From Candidatus Marinacidobacterales bacterium (GTDB lineage: Bacteria > Acidobacteriota > Vicinamibacteria > Marinacidobacterales > SMYC01), in contig CBDCYI010000004.1 of NCBI GenBank assembly GCA_965224085.1, forward strand, positions 512,001 through 576,000: 64,000 nucleotides of DNA, written 5' to 3'. Numbering within the stretch: position 1 is the stretch's first letter; every line of letters starts with the position of its first letter. The notes below the pieces were generated by a model. The model was not told the origin of the DNA, did not search any database, and saw nothing but the letters and a program-made list of their open reading frames with translations. The position numbers and the translations under genes are program-made. Positions 53,248 to 63,232 of this stretch are shown here, one piece after another.

Positions 53248-53787
53248 TGTCTCTTCCGGGGATGGTCGAAACCCCTCGCCTTTAGGCGAAGAGAAGATCG
53301 TGGTATTGTGGTCGCGTGCGTCACTACAGGCACGGAGCGCACACGAAAACGGACCTAAAAGCGCACATCGTTTGGATACCGAAATATCGTAAAAAGGTTT
53401 TGATCGGTCCAGTAGCGGTTCGTGTGCGCGATCTGATTCGTCAGATCGCGATGGAACATGAGCTGCACATAATCTCGGGTAAGGTTGCACGCGACCACGT
53501 CCACGTGTTCGTATCCTACCGACCACACCAGGACCTGAGTACGATCGTGCAGTGGCTAAAAGGAATAAGCTCCCGAGTACTCCTTCAGGAGTTTGCTCAC
53601 CTGAGGAAGAAGTTTTGGGGCCGGCACTTCTGGGCCCGAGGATATCTGGCGGTGAGTTCAGGAAGCATAACGGACGAGATGGTAAAGGAGTACATAGACT
53701 CCCAGGATGGCGAGCCTCTTCACGACGACAGTCAATTTCCAATTGACAGCCCTTGAAGCCACCGCCTTCTAGGCGGTGGTTGTTCAC
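53248..53787 (+). mobile_element. IS200-like element (tnpA only)
   Basis: Subterminal hairpins TCGCC-TTTA-GGCGA and GCCACCGCC-TTCTA-GGCGGTGGT; right end TCAC; ends inferred from guide-pairing rules. Confidence 0.85.
53316..53756 (+). CDS. tnpA: IS200/IS605 Y1 transposase
   Basis: HIVWIPKYRK, DHVH (HUH), LKGISS, FWARGY, KEYI. Confidence 0.95.
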   Translation: MRHYRHGAHTKTDLKAHIVWIPKYRKKVLIGPVAVRVRDLIRQIAMEHELHIISGKVARDHVHVFVSYRPHQDLSTIVQWLKGISSRVLLQEFAHLRKKFWGRHFWARGYLAVSSGSITDEMVKEYIDSQDGEPLHDDSQFPIDSP

Positions 53788-53789
53788 TT

Positions 53790-53940
53790 TTCTCTGATCC
53801 ACGTCGGCGACCCTGATATCCCGGATGTCCACCATCCAGGTGAAGTAGATGTAGCGTCCGTCGGTGGCGAACGCCAAGGGCCCTAACCCACCGGTGCGTC
53901 CTTCGAAATTTGTGACCGCGCGTGCCACTTTTGAATCTCG
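53790..53940 (-). pseudogene. C-terminal remnant of a TolB-like / kinase protein
   Basis: VTNFEGRTGGLG..FATDGRYIYFTW. Confidence 0.55.
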
Positions 53941-54053
53941 AAATGGCCGAGCTTGGTGCCGGGAGACAGGAGCATAGGTTAGGCAGCATCTTAACGACAG
54001 TCAGGATTGCCTGTCGAACGCCTGCGTGTTCATACACGGCGGCGTCGTCCCGA

Positions 54054-54368
54054 CTATTTCAGCTTCACCGCCGTACCGACCGCCACGATCTCAGCCGCGA
54101 GCTGCATGACCATGGACGTGCCGATACGCACACCGACGACAGCATCGGCGCCGAGCTCGCGCGCATGCGCCATCATCCGGTCGATGGCCTGCTCACGACT
54201 CTCCGCCATCAATTTCGTGTAGTGCTGGATCTCGCCACCGAGCAGGCCTTTGGTCCCCGCCGTGATGTCTCGGCCAATGTGGCGGGCGCGGATCGTGTTG
54301 CCACGTGCGAGGCCGAGCACAGATGCGATCTCGCGGCCAGGGACGGTCTCGTAGGTCGAGACAATCAT
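54054..54368 (-). CDS. YbjQ/UPF0145 family protein
   Basis: GGEIQHYT...SREQAIDRM..A..LGADAVVG...GTAVKL; AAGGAGG RBS. Confidence 0.93.
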   Translation of the reverse strand: MIVSTYETVPGREIASVLGLARGNTIRARHIGRDITAGTKGLLGGEIQHYTKLMAESREQAIDRMMAHARELGADAVVGVRIGTSMVMQLAAEIVAVGTAVKLK

Positions 54369-54458
54369 CGTTTCACCTCCTTATAGGGATGGTGGCGCCA
54401 TGTGCTGTAATACGCAACAAGGAAGCCAGATATTCAGGATTCGGAGTAAAAATTCTTT

Positions 54459-55766
54459 GTGAAGCCGTTGTGTATTTTAGCGTGCCTGATGGTCGCAGGG
54501 AGCGTTCTCGGTGAGAACTGGCCCCAGTGGCGCGGCCCGTATAGTGACGGGAGCTCGCCCGAGACGAACTTGCCCGAAGTTTGGGGACCGAAGCAAAACA
54601 TCCGCTGGCGCGCGCCCCTCGCAGGGCTCGGAACTTCAACGCCGGTCATCTGGGACGACCTCGTGTTCTTGACTTCGCAGCTCGGCATGGGGCCCATCGA
54701 TCGCCGCGGTGCCGAGTTCGACGAAGCGGTCACCGCAAGAGACTACACGCGAGAGGACACCCGGATCACATTCACGCTGCAAGCTTTCGCGCACGAAGAT
54801 GGGCGACAGGTGTGGGAGCACCGCTTCGACGCCGTCGAGAGCGACGGCTTGCCTTCCGTGCATCCCAAACACAACTTCGCGAGCCCGAGCACGACTACGG
54901 ATGGCGAGCTCGTCTACGCGTGGGTGGGGACGGGCCAACTCATAGCACTGACTTTGAAGGGTGAGCTGGTCTGGTCCCGCCACATCGGCCGCGACTACGC
55001 ACCCTTCCACGTGTTGTGGGGTCACGGCAGCTCACCGATGTTATATCGCGACACGCTCTTCTTGCTTTGCGACCACCTGCCGGGCGCCTATCTGATTGCG
55101 CTCGACAAGAGGAATGGCAAAGAGCTCTGGAAAGTCGACCGCGGTGAAGGCATCCGATCTTACTCAACGCCTTTTGTCGTCCCCGGCCCCGAAAGCGATG
55201 AGCTCGTCGTCAACTCGAGCCACCGTATCGAGGCTTATGACCCGAATACGGGGGAGCTCTTGTGGCATGCCGGTGAGCCCACAACGCTCGCCATCGGCGT
55301 CCCGGTCTACGCGGACGGCATCCTCTACGCGAGCCGAGGTTATTCGAGCGGTCCGTACTCAGCCATCCGGCTCGGAGGACGCGGTGATGTGAACGCGAGC
55401 CACGTCGAGTGGCACGTCCCGACACGCGCACCCTATATCTCGTCGCTTTATTACGACGAAAAGATCTTCATGGCGACCGAAGGCGGGATCGCAAGCGTTG
55501 TCGACGCCAAAAATGGAGAAACGCTCTGGCGCGAACGGCTCGGTGGAGCGTTTACAGCATCGCCGGTGGCGGGAGACGGAAAAGTTTATCTTCTCAATGA
55601 GTCCGGCGAAACCTTCGTCTTCGAGGCCGGCGCACCGCCCAAGCTCATCTCACGAAACCGGCTCGATGAGCGCACACTCGCCTCACCCGCCATTTCCGGC
55701 GGCACCTTGTTCATCCGAACGGACGCTCACCTCGTCGCGATAGACGGCGACGCTACTCGCCCGTAG
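54459..55766 (+). CDS. PQQ-binding-like beta-propeller protein
   Basis: NWPQWRGP, GTSTPVIW, GSSP, SYSTP, ASPAIS. Confidence 0.9.
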   Translation: MKPLCILACLMVAGSVLGENWPQWRGPYSDGSSPETNLPEVWGPKQNIRWRAPLAGLGTSTPVIWDDLVFLTSQLGMGPIDRRGAEFDEAVTARDYTREDTRITFTLQAFAHEDGRQVWEHRFDAVESDGLPSVHPKHNFASPSTTTDGELVYAWVGTGQLIALTLKGELVWSRHIGRDYAPFHVLWGHGSSPMLYRDTLFLLCDHLPGAYLIALDKRNGKELWKVDRGEGIRSYSTPFVVPGPESDELVVNSSHRIEAYDPNTGELLWHAGEPTTLAIGVPVYADGILYASRGYSSGPYSAIRLGGRGDVNASHVEWHVPTRAPYISSLYYDEKIFMATEGGIASVVDAKNGETLWRERLGGAFTASPVAGDGKVYLLNESGETFVFEAGAPPKLISRNRLDERTLASPAISGGTLFIRTDAHLVAIDGDATRP

Positions 55767-55869
55767 CGTTCGAATAAGCGAGCATTAGCCCCTGGCTAGC
55801 AAGGCCTATTTTATAGGCTATAATGGACGTAATTCTTGGTTCGGTCTGTCTTGGAAACCCAACGTTCGT

Positions 55870-56106
55870 GTGCAAGGCTGGTTCGTCGTATTCCTGTCTC
55901 GATCCTGCAACGTGCTACCCGTGACCGCCGAGATTGCCCAAGGGGCCGGCCGTCTGCGGGGCGAGTTCCAGTCGAAGGGTGAGACGCGCACCCAGGCGGA
56001 TATGTTGATCGCTTCGACGGCCCGTCACCACCAGCTCACACTCGTCACCCGCAATGCTCAAGACTTTGAAGGATGTGGCATGGCTCTCCTGAACCCCATC
56101 GCCTGA
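55870..56106 (+). pseudogene. VapC/PIN toxin C-terminal remnant
   Basis: VLPVT, ADMLIASTA, LVTRNAQDF, NP. Confidence 0.75.
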
Positions 56107-56140
56107 GCGCCATGCGCGATAGGCCCAATACAAAAGGGGG

Positions 56141-56518
56141 CTACACGCCCGTCGCGATCGAATAAGCCCAGTTCAAAAAGATCGCCGAGGCGACGGCAAT
56201 GCGGCCCGACACGCTCAGCCGTGTCGGGATCGCGGGAAGCGTTTGGCCGACGAGTGTCAGCGTCGCGGCCGCGAGCCCACCACCGAGAAACAGCATCCAC
56301 CCGATGGTCGGCAAAGGATAGAGCGAGAGCGCGGTCGCGAAGTCGAGGTCGGCCAACAACAAGGCCGCCCGCGTCGTGCCACAGGTCGGGCATGCGTAGC
56401 CGGTCCAGCTCTTGAACGTACAGGCCCAGAGCCCTCCGGTGAAACCGGACGCCCAAGGCGAGGCGATGAGGAGCGCGGTAGCGACACTGCCCCAAAGAAG
56501 TGCTACTTGACGGCTCAC
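56141..56518 (-). CDS. DUF2752 domain membrane protein
   Basis: CTFKSWTGYACPTCGTTRA. Confidence 0.88.
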   Translation of the reverse strand: MSRQVALLWGSVATALLIASPWASGFTGGLWACTFKSWTGYACPTCGTTRAALLLADLDFATALSLYPLPTIGWMLFLGGGLAAATLTLVGQTLPAIPTRLSVSGRIAVASAIFLNWAYSIATGV

Positions 56519-57270
56519 GGCATGTCTCCGAACTGCCGTATGAACTGGTAGAGCACTGCCCCGAAGACTATCGAAAGAATCAACCCGCACAAGCAGCACA
56601 AGATGAGCGGGATCAGCACGGCTACGAGCGCGCGTCCTTGCGATGTTCGGTGCACGGCGGCAAAGCCGACCACCTCGAGCACCAAGTTCCAAATCGACGC
56701 CACCAGGCTCCCGACAAACGGTAGCACGACCGCAAGCCAAGCGATGGTGGAATAGGCGTAGACCTTGAGAGTGCCCTCGAAGCCGGTCTCGGATTTTTCG
56801 GTCGCGCCCACGAGAAGCAGACAAACATGCATCACCGCCGATCCGATGAAAATGATGATCACATAGAAGATCGGCCAAAAAACGAGCGTTACGATGAGCT
56901 CCACCACCGACGGTGCCGCAAAAGCTTGTCCGAAGCCTTCGAAGCCTTCGATTTGTTCCAAGCCTTCGAAGAAACCGCGCATCGTGTTTGCGAGGAGCAT
57001 GTTCCAAAGCTGCCCAAGCAGAAAAGCAATCCAAGACACGATGATCCCGAAGAGCATCGGGCTCGTGAGGTCGCCGTCTTTCCGAAGGCGCGCGAAGCCA
57101 TCCGATGGATCGCTGACGAGCAGCTTGATCGTGTCGACCAATGCCTGGGCGATGCCGAGCCGGTCGCGCTCTTCCCACGGCAGACGCGGGCCCGCAGAGG
57201 GCGGAGGCGAGCCACCGGAGGACGGAGGCCTATACGGAGACGGAGCGGGCGGAAGAGGGGGCGAACTCAT
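56515..57270 (-). CDS. Yip1 family membrane protein
   Basis: LPWE motif, GFEGTLKVYAYS, several TM helices. Confidence 0.85.
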   Translation of the reverse strand: MSSPPLPPAPSPYRPPSSGGSPPPSAGPRLPWEERDRLGIAQALVDTIKLLVSDPSDGFARLRKDGDLTSPMLFGIIVSWIAFLLGQLWNMLLANTMRGFFEGLEQIEGFEGFGQAFAAPSVVELIVTLVFWPIFYVIIIFIGSAVMHVCLLLVGATEKSETGFEGTLKVYAYSTIAWLAVVLPFVGSLVASIWNLVLEVVGFAAVHRTSQGRALVAVLIPLILCCLCGLILSIVFGAVLYQFIRQFGDMP

Positions 57271-57282
57271 GAGGTTTATTGT

Positions 57283-57312
57283 AACCTGGCGGGCCGTTGA
57301 GCCCGCCAGGTT
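57283..57312. terminator. Perfect 12-bp GC-rich hairpin (terminator- or REP-like)
   Basis: AACCTGGCGGGC-CGTTGA-GCCCGCCAGGTT. Confidence 0.5.
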
Positions 57313-57672
57313 CTAGTGGTGTTTTCGGCTATCTGCTTTTGGCTACCCAGACGGAGGCTAGGTCGACGGATGCCAGAAGCGGGGAGCCGGTAGTAAAATT
57401 GAATCTTAAGTAGTTTGCGGTGCGGCGCTCCTTTTTCGGACTGCCAGTGTGATGCCGCCCAGGATCATGCCGACGACGGTGGCGAAGATGGTCCAGATCA
57501 CCAGATTGCGGAACGGGATCAGCAGATAGCCTTCGAGCGATGTCACGCCGTCGCCGACGACACCGCCATTGTTTAGCGCGAAACGGGTGGCGCCCCAGTT
57601 CATCGCATAGGCGAGCCAATAGGTCGGCGCGATGAAAAGACGTTCGCGATAAGATGCGCGACGAGACAACCC

Positions 57673-57861
57673 ATGCGAACCCTCGACGAGCAGAACACTC
57701 AGTCCTTCTCGCTTTTAGCACGCGCGTTGCGGAACCTCAAGCTGCTATGGCGTATCGCCACGATGGCTGCCGACTACTTCAGGACTGGCGGAGCGATCCG
57801 CCGCAGCTATCGCGAGAAAGAGCGCCGGGGCGAGATCTACTACGTCGACGAAATTGACTAG
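57673..57861 (+). CDS. Small hypothetical protein (62 aa)
   Basis: ATG ORF with typical codon usage; amphipathic helix then EIYYVDE. Confidence 0.5.
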   Translation: MRTLDEQNTQSFSLLARALRNLKLLWRIATMAADYFRTGGAIRRSYREKERRGEIYYVDEID

Positions 57862-57880
57862 GGAAGCACGCGTGGCAGCA

Positions 57881-58765
57881 TCAATTATCGATGGGAAGCT
57901 TCATCGCCCCGGCGAGCTCTCGAAGTTTGTTTTGTACCTTTCGCGCGTTTTGGGGGCCCATCCGGAGGAGCTGCTTTTGGGCGGGTGCTAGAGCTTCGAG
58001 ACGGCGGTCGACATAGGTGTAGTTCACGCTGTCGGCGTTGAGCGCTACCCGGCCTTCCACAACCGGTGTGCGTAGCAGCACGTTGATGGCTTTGGTGAAG
58101 GTGGCCTCGAAAGGCTGACCGAGATATCCGAGCTCCCTATAAGCCTCGAGCGCCAACGGTTTCGTCATCTGATAGAGCTCCGCGACGCCCGCTGCGTCCA
58201 AAGATTCGAGCCCGGCAACGAGCACATCGTAGCGGTGGTAGCTATTGGGGTCGCCGAAAACCTGCGGCGGGCGCCGTACGACCTCGTAGGGCTCGTCGGG
58301 CGCGAGGTACGGAAAGTGCCGCGCGGGATGGTCGCCCTCGGCAACGTTGACGATCGCGGTGACGATTTTCCGCACGAGCTCATCACTCAGTAATATTGAT
58401 GTCATCGCCGGGTGCCGCGAGAGCCCCGCCACAAGCTCCCGGACGAAAGCATCGCTTTGGGATAACGGGGGGAGGTCGACCTCGGGCTGGATTTCCGAAG
58501 GCTGAGCTTCGGGCGCCACTTCGGCGAGCGCCTCTTCAGTGGGCGCGGAGTTGCGCGGCGGCGGCACACTCACCCCCCGTGCGGAGAACAGCCAGTAAAG
58601 GCCAAGCCCGGCGACGAGCGCCAGGCCGGCGGCGGCAAAAAGCGTCCACGAAGCTGGGAAGCTCGTAGAGCTCGAGTTTTCATCGGACGGTGGGTCTGTC
58701 TCGCGCAGCTCGGGCCCGCCGTTCTCGTCCGCACTCCGGAAGTCTCGATCGTCCCAGTCGACCAT
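57881..58765 (-). CDS. DUF3014 domain protein
   Basis: LPPLSQSDAFVR, SYHRYD, YRELGY, LEALAPAQKQLLRMGPQN. Confidence 0.9.
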   Translation of the reverse strand: MVDWDDRDFRSADENGGPELRETDPPSDENSSSTSFPASWTLFAAAGLALVAGLGLYWLFSARGVSVPPPRNSAPTEEALAEVAPEAQPSEIQPEVDLPPLSQSDAFVRELVAGLSRHPAMTSILLSDELVRKIVTAIVNVAEGDHPARHFPYLAPDEPYEVVRRPPQVFGDPNSYHRYDVLVAGLESLDAAGVAELYQMTKPLALEAYRELGYLGQPFEATFTKAINVLLRTPVVEGRVALNADSVNYTYVDRRLEALAPAQKQLLRMGPQNARKVQNKLRELAGAMKLPIDN

Positions 58766-58839
58766 GACGCAACTCCACTTGAACTCATTCCATGCTAGAC
58801 CGCTCCTGGCGCGAACGCAATTCCAGCGCGTGGTTTCCA

Positions 58840-58955
58840 GAAAAACGCGCCGCTCTCAGAAAAAATTTGGCGCAGCTCATCAAAAGGTCTTTCTTACCGA
58901 TCCCTTGAAATGTGAGTACGGGGCGCCTTTCTCGTCATTCCTTCATCACCCCATC
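58840..58955 (+). mobile_element. Degenerate IS91-family transposase C-terminal remnant
   Basis: RAALRK..AQLIK..F.TDPLKC across frameshifts. Confidence 0.45.
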
Positions 58956-58984
58956 GATGCTTATATTGAGGATGTGCGCTCCGA

Positions 58985-59251
58985 GTGGAAAGTCACCGGA
59001 CTCGTGAGGTCGACGGCCGGCGCATCCACATGTTGCATGACCTAAAGGAGCTCCGCGTGGATCCGGTAAAGCGTGGGCTCGACGTCATCGTGAGCGGCCA
59101 TTCGCACCGTCCGAAGCTCGAACGAAAAGACGGGATCCTGTACCTCAATCCTGGAAGCGCGGGTCCCCGCCGGTTCAAGCTCCCGGTGGCCCTCGCACAT
59201 TTGAGACTTCACGACAACGGCGTCCGAGCGCGCCTTCTGGAGCTCGCCTGA
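58985..59251 (+). pseudogene. YfcE-type metallophosphoesterase, 5' deleted
   Basis: IHMLHD, VSGHSH, LNPGSAGPRRF. Confidence 0.85.
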
Positions 59252-59273
59252 CGGCGACGGACGTTCTCTCCCT

Positions 59274-60886
59274 GTGCGCGTCTTCATGCTCTTGCTCCTG
59301 CTGCTGACGTGGGCAGGCTTCACGAGCGGCCAAGAGGAGGAAGAAGGCGAACAAGAAGAGAAGTCCGAGCCTTGGGCCACGATCTATTGGGACGAGGGCC
59401 TTCATATCCACGGCCTGTACAAGAACTTCACGATCAATATCGGGGGGATGGCGCAAAACGACACGGCGGCTTTCAGTTCTCAAAACGCGGACGAAGCGGG
59501 TCGCGGACCGTTCCAAAACGGCGTCGAGTGGCGGCGGGCCCGGATCTATGCCGAAGGTGTCTTCGCGCGGTTGTTCGAGTACAAGTTCATGTACGACTTC
59601 GCCTCCAACAACCCTCCGCGGTTGAAGGATTCTTTCGTGACCTTTTCGATGCCCTTGGCTCCTGTCAGGATCCAGGGCGGGCGCTTCCGAACGCGCTTGA
59701 GTCTAGCCGGAAGTTCCCGGCTTAGGCCAGACGTAATGTATTGAACGCGTGGAGTTTTTCATCAGGGAAGGTTTCCCGGCACTGGGAACAAACCGAGCAG
59801 TTGCATTGCGCGTTGTTGTGTTGAGTTGGCTTCGGTCACCATCTGGAATGGTGGAGCGGTCGGGTCGGCTTTGAGTTGGCAAAGGTTGAGACTGCGGGTA
59901 GCAAGCTCGGCAAGAAGCGTGGGGAAACTGTGAATAGGTAATCCGTCAGATGTGCGACGGACGCTCTTTTTGTTTTTGGCCGAAGTCGAGGGCAGAGCTG
60001 GCAAGACGGGGTCTCGGGTCTCGCGGTCGGCGTCAAGTTGCTCGTCGACGAAAAGTAGTGGAGCAAGGGCCTTTTTCATGTGCCATTGCACATAGTAGGC
60101 GAGCAAGCACAAGAAGATGTGTGCCCGCACGCGTTGGGCATCGCGATGGCGGATGGGTCGTACTAACAGGTCGATGCCCTTCAAACAACGAAAGGCTTGT
60201 TCAACCTGAGAGAGCCGCTTGTAGCTGCGCACGGTGTCCTCGGCCGAGAGATGCTCAAGCGGCTCGCTGGTGCGGATTACGTAGATGCCGTCGCGTTCCG
60301 ATTCTCGGCGAATGCTTTCCTCGCGTCTGCTGTAGCTAAAAAGGCTATCTTCGATCTTCAGTGTGAAGTGCTTCGATCCGCTTTCTCGAGCGCCCCGAAT
60401 CTCACATCGCTGGGATTGCCGTGGATACGGGAGACATTCCTTCGTCCGCGACCAACACGTATATCGCCGAAGCCGCCGCCGTGCGAGGCGCGTTCTCGCT
60501 GCAGTCGGAATATGCGTTCACGGGCGTGCGCGCGACGGATGCCCAGAACCCGGCGTTCCACGCCTTTTACGTGTTCGGTAGCTACTTCTTGACCGGGGAA
60601 AGTCGACGTTACCGATCGCGGAACGCTTCGTTCGGAGAGATCCGGCCCAAGGTGCCCTTCGCCGGTATCCACGAGCTAGGTGGAGCCCTCGAGATCGCGT
60701 TTCGCTATTCGCGCCTCGATCTGGAAGACAAGAGTTGTCGACGGTGGTGTCTTGAACGATTTGACCGCTGCCTTCAATTGGTATGCGAGCCACAACGCGA
60801 AACTGCAGCTCAACGGGATCCGAGCCAAGCGGCAAGGGCTGGACCCGTTCTGGATTTGGCAGATACGAATGCAGTTCGACTATTGA
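59274..60886 (+). pseudogene. OprO/OprP phosphate-selective porin interrupted by IS1634 and deletion
   Basis: N-part RRARI...YKFMYDFA...LKD; C-part RPESH..VDTG, LQSEY, SYFLTGE, FNWY...IRMQFDY. Confidence 0.85.
59703..60373 (-). mobile_element. IS1634-family remnant (3' transposase and terminal sequence)
   Basis: DGIYVIRTS, YKRLSQVEQAFRCLK, RPIRH, RVRAHIFLCLLAYYV; end GGGAACTTCCGGCTAG. Confidence 0.88.
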
Positions 60887-60978
60887 CGCTCGGGTGAACT
60901 CGCGGTGGAGCAAGCCTAGAGCTTCCAAGAAGTCCCACGCACATCGCTCACGAGCACTACCTTCAAGAGAACGAGCGA

Positions 60979-62034
60979 TCAGTCCTGATTGATGAAAAAA
61001 TCGACGCCGAGCTCGGACGCGAGCGGGCGCAGATTCTCGACGGTGGCGAGGTCCACGGGGATCCCGGTTTCTAGCCTCTCGCGTCGGCGCTGCTGCTCTC
61101 GCTCGCCAGGGAGCATCACCGGTGCGTCGGCGTCGATCGGCGGCGCAGACTTTACGTGCGCCACGAGCTCTTCGAGGCGCTGGTCGAAATCTTCACGACT
61201 CTGGAAGGCCTCGGGCGCTACCGCGACGAGCTGATGACCGACGTCGAAATGCTTATCGTCTTGGAACACGTCCGTCCCGAACAAAGCGCCCGTCATGACG
61301 CCGGCGAGCACGTCGGTCCACAAGCTCAAGCCGTAGCCTTTGTACTCCCCTATTGGTAGGAGTGCTCCCAGCATCGCTTCACCGGGCGTCGTTGTCCGAC
61401 GCCCGTCCGGCGTCAGCGCCCAGGTTTCCGGCATCTCGCGCCCCTCGCGGTCGAGCCAGCGCATCATGCCTTTGCCGCTCATTGTGAGAGCCATGTCGAG
61501 AACGATGGGAGGATGATCGCGCCTCGGAATGGCGATACCCCATGGGTTCGTCCCGAGGACAGCCTTCGCCGAGCCCGTCGGCGCCATCTCGGCTCCAGCA
61601 TTCGTCATCGCCCAGCCAATCAAACCTGTCCGAGTGGCGGAAAACGCGTGATAGCCGGCGATGCCAAAATGGTTGCTGTTGTGCACGCCGACCATCGCGA
61701 GCCCCGTCTCGGACGCTTTTTCGACAGCACGGTCCATCGCGCGATGCGCCGCAACGTAGCCGAAGCCTTTCCCCGCATCGAGAAGTGCTGTGCTCGTCCC
61801 ATCGCGCACCCACTCCATCGTCGCCGCCGGGACGATGCCACCGTTGTTCACGCGACGGTGATAACGCACGAGCTTCTCGAGCCCCTGACCTTGCCCAGGA
61901 TGCCACCAGAGGCAGGCTGTCATGAGCCCATCGGCGATGATGCGAGCCTCTTCGGACGACGCGCCCAAGGCAAGCAGGAAATCGGTCGTGAAGCGGCGGA
62001 GAAGCGGCTCCGGATAAGTCGCGACGTTTCGCAT
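60979..62034 (-). CDS. Ldh_2 (malate/L-lactate dehydrogenase-like) family oxidoreductase
   Basis: NSNHFG, GTNP, VLDMA, YKGYGL, LPGE. Confidence 0.9.
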   Translation of the reverse strand: MRNVATYPEPLLRRFTTDFLLALGASSEEARIIADGLMTACLWWHPGQGQGLEKLVRYHRRVNNGGIVPAATMEWVRDGTSTALLDAGKGFGYVAAHRAMDRAVEKASETGLAMVGVHNSNHFGIAGYHAFSATRTGLIGWAMTNAGAEMAPTGSAKAVLGTNPWGIAIPRRDHPPIVLDMALTMSGKGMMRWLDREGREMPETWALTPDGRRTTTPGEAMLGALLPIGEYKGYGLSLWTDVLAGVMTGALFGTDVFQDDKHFDVGHQLVAVAPEAFQSREDFDQRLEELVAHVKSAPPIDADAPVMLPGEREQQRRRERLETGIPVDLATVENLRPLASELGVDFFINQD

Positions 62035-62095
62035 CTCCAGGGATTCCTCGAGCTCGAAAGCCAATTGCCAAAGGAAGAAAGGCTATCATAGGCGC

Positions 62096-63190
62096 ATGAG
62101 CCTCAAGCCAGCCGACCTCTATAGCTTCATGCACAGGAGTGTGGTCGGGCAGGACGACGCGCTCCGCTATGTCTCGGTCGCCCTATTCAAGCATCTCTGC
62201 GGGGAAGCGGTCGGGAATTTGCTGATGATCGGTAATTCTGGCACGGGCAAAACGACCGTGATGCGCGCGGTCGAGCAGCTCTATCTCGCCAACCCATCCT
62301 TTCAGAAGCATCGTGTCGTGGCGCGGTTGAACGCCAATACTCTCGCGAACGAAGAAGGGGCGGTCATCACCGGCAAGCAGCTCTTCCAGACTCTCCAGGA
62401 TCGGGCGGTTCAGATTCTCGGCGACCAAGCCACGCCGGACAACGTCAAGCTTCTCATCGAGCACGCCACGGTCTGCATCGACGAAGTCGACAAAGTCTCG
62501 ACGGTCGTTGGCGGCAAAGCCAACCCGACTGGCATCAACGTCCAGCAATCGCTTCTCACACTAATGGAGGACGAGAAAGTGACGTTCGATACCCAACTTC
62601 TAGTGGACGGGGATTTCAAGCCCGTGCAAATGGAGATCGACACGAAGAAGCTCCTGTTCATATGCGGCGGCGCATTCGAAGAGCTCTATGACCAGGTCTA
62701 TGCCCGGGTGTACGAAGAGAAAGGCCAGGAAGAGCTCACAGAGATGGTCTCGGCCTTAGACGGTGGCGTCGAGTTCGAGCAAGTCTTCTCGTTGTCCGAG
62801 TACTTGAGGCAGGAAGACTTGTTCAAGTTCGGGATGCTCCCCCAGTTCCTGTCCCGCTTCGACACGACTCTCGTCCTGGCCGAGCTCACCCCGGAAGTTC
62901 TAGAGGTGATCTTCACCGGCACGAAAGACTCTCTCTTCGAATCCTCGAAGCGCTTCTTCAAGAGATTCAAGATCGACCTACAGATGACGGACGGGGCGAA
63001 AAAACTCATCACCCAACGCGCCGCCCGCCAAGCGCGCGTCGGCGCCCGCGCCCTGAAAGAAGTCTACGGCCGCGTGATCAAGCCGTTCGAGTTCGCACCG
63101 TTCCAACAGGACCACGTGTCCAAGAACGAAGCCGACGAAGGGTACACCCTGACCCTGACGAAAGAGTTAGTAGAAAGCAGCTTGCGGTAG
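62096..63190 (+). CDS. ClpX/HslU-clade AAA+ ATPase, atypical
   Basis: VVGQ, GNSGTGKT, IDEVDK, VQQSLL, FICGGAF, FLSRF, GARAL. Confidence 0.88.
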   Translation: MSLKPADLYSFMHRSVVGQDDALRYVSVALFKHLCGEAVGNLLMIGNSGTGKTTVMRAVEQLYLANPSFQKHRVVARLNANTLANEEGAVITGKQLFQTLQDRAVQILGDQATPDNVKLLIEHATVCIDEVDKVSTVVGGKANPTGINVQQSLLTLMEDEKVTFDTQLLVDGDFKPVQMEIDTKKLLFICGGAFEELYDQVYARVYEEKGQEELTEMVSALDGGVEFEQVFSLSEYLRQEDLFKFGMLPQFLSRFDTTLVLAELTPEVLEVIFTGTKDSLFESSKRFFKRFKIDLQMTDGAKKLITQRAARQARVGARALKEVYGRVIKPFEFAPFQQDHVSKNEADEGYTLTLTKELVESSLR

Positions 63191-63232
63191 TAGGCCGCGG
63201 GCGACAATAGCAACAATAGCAAATGGGGCCGT

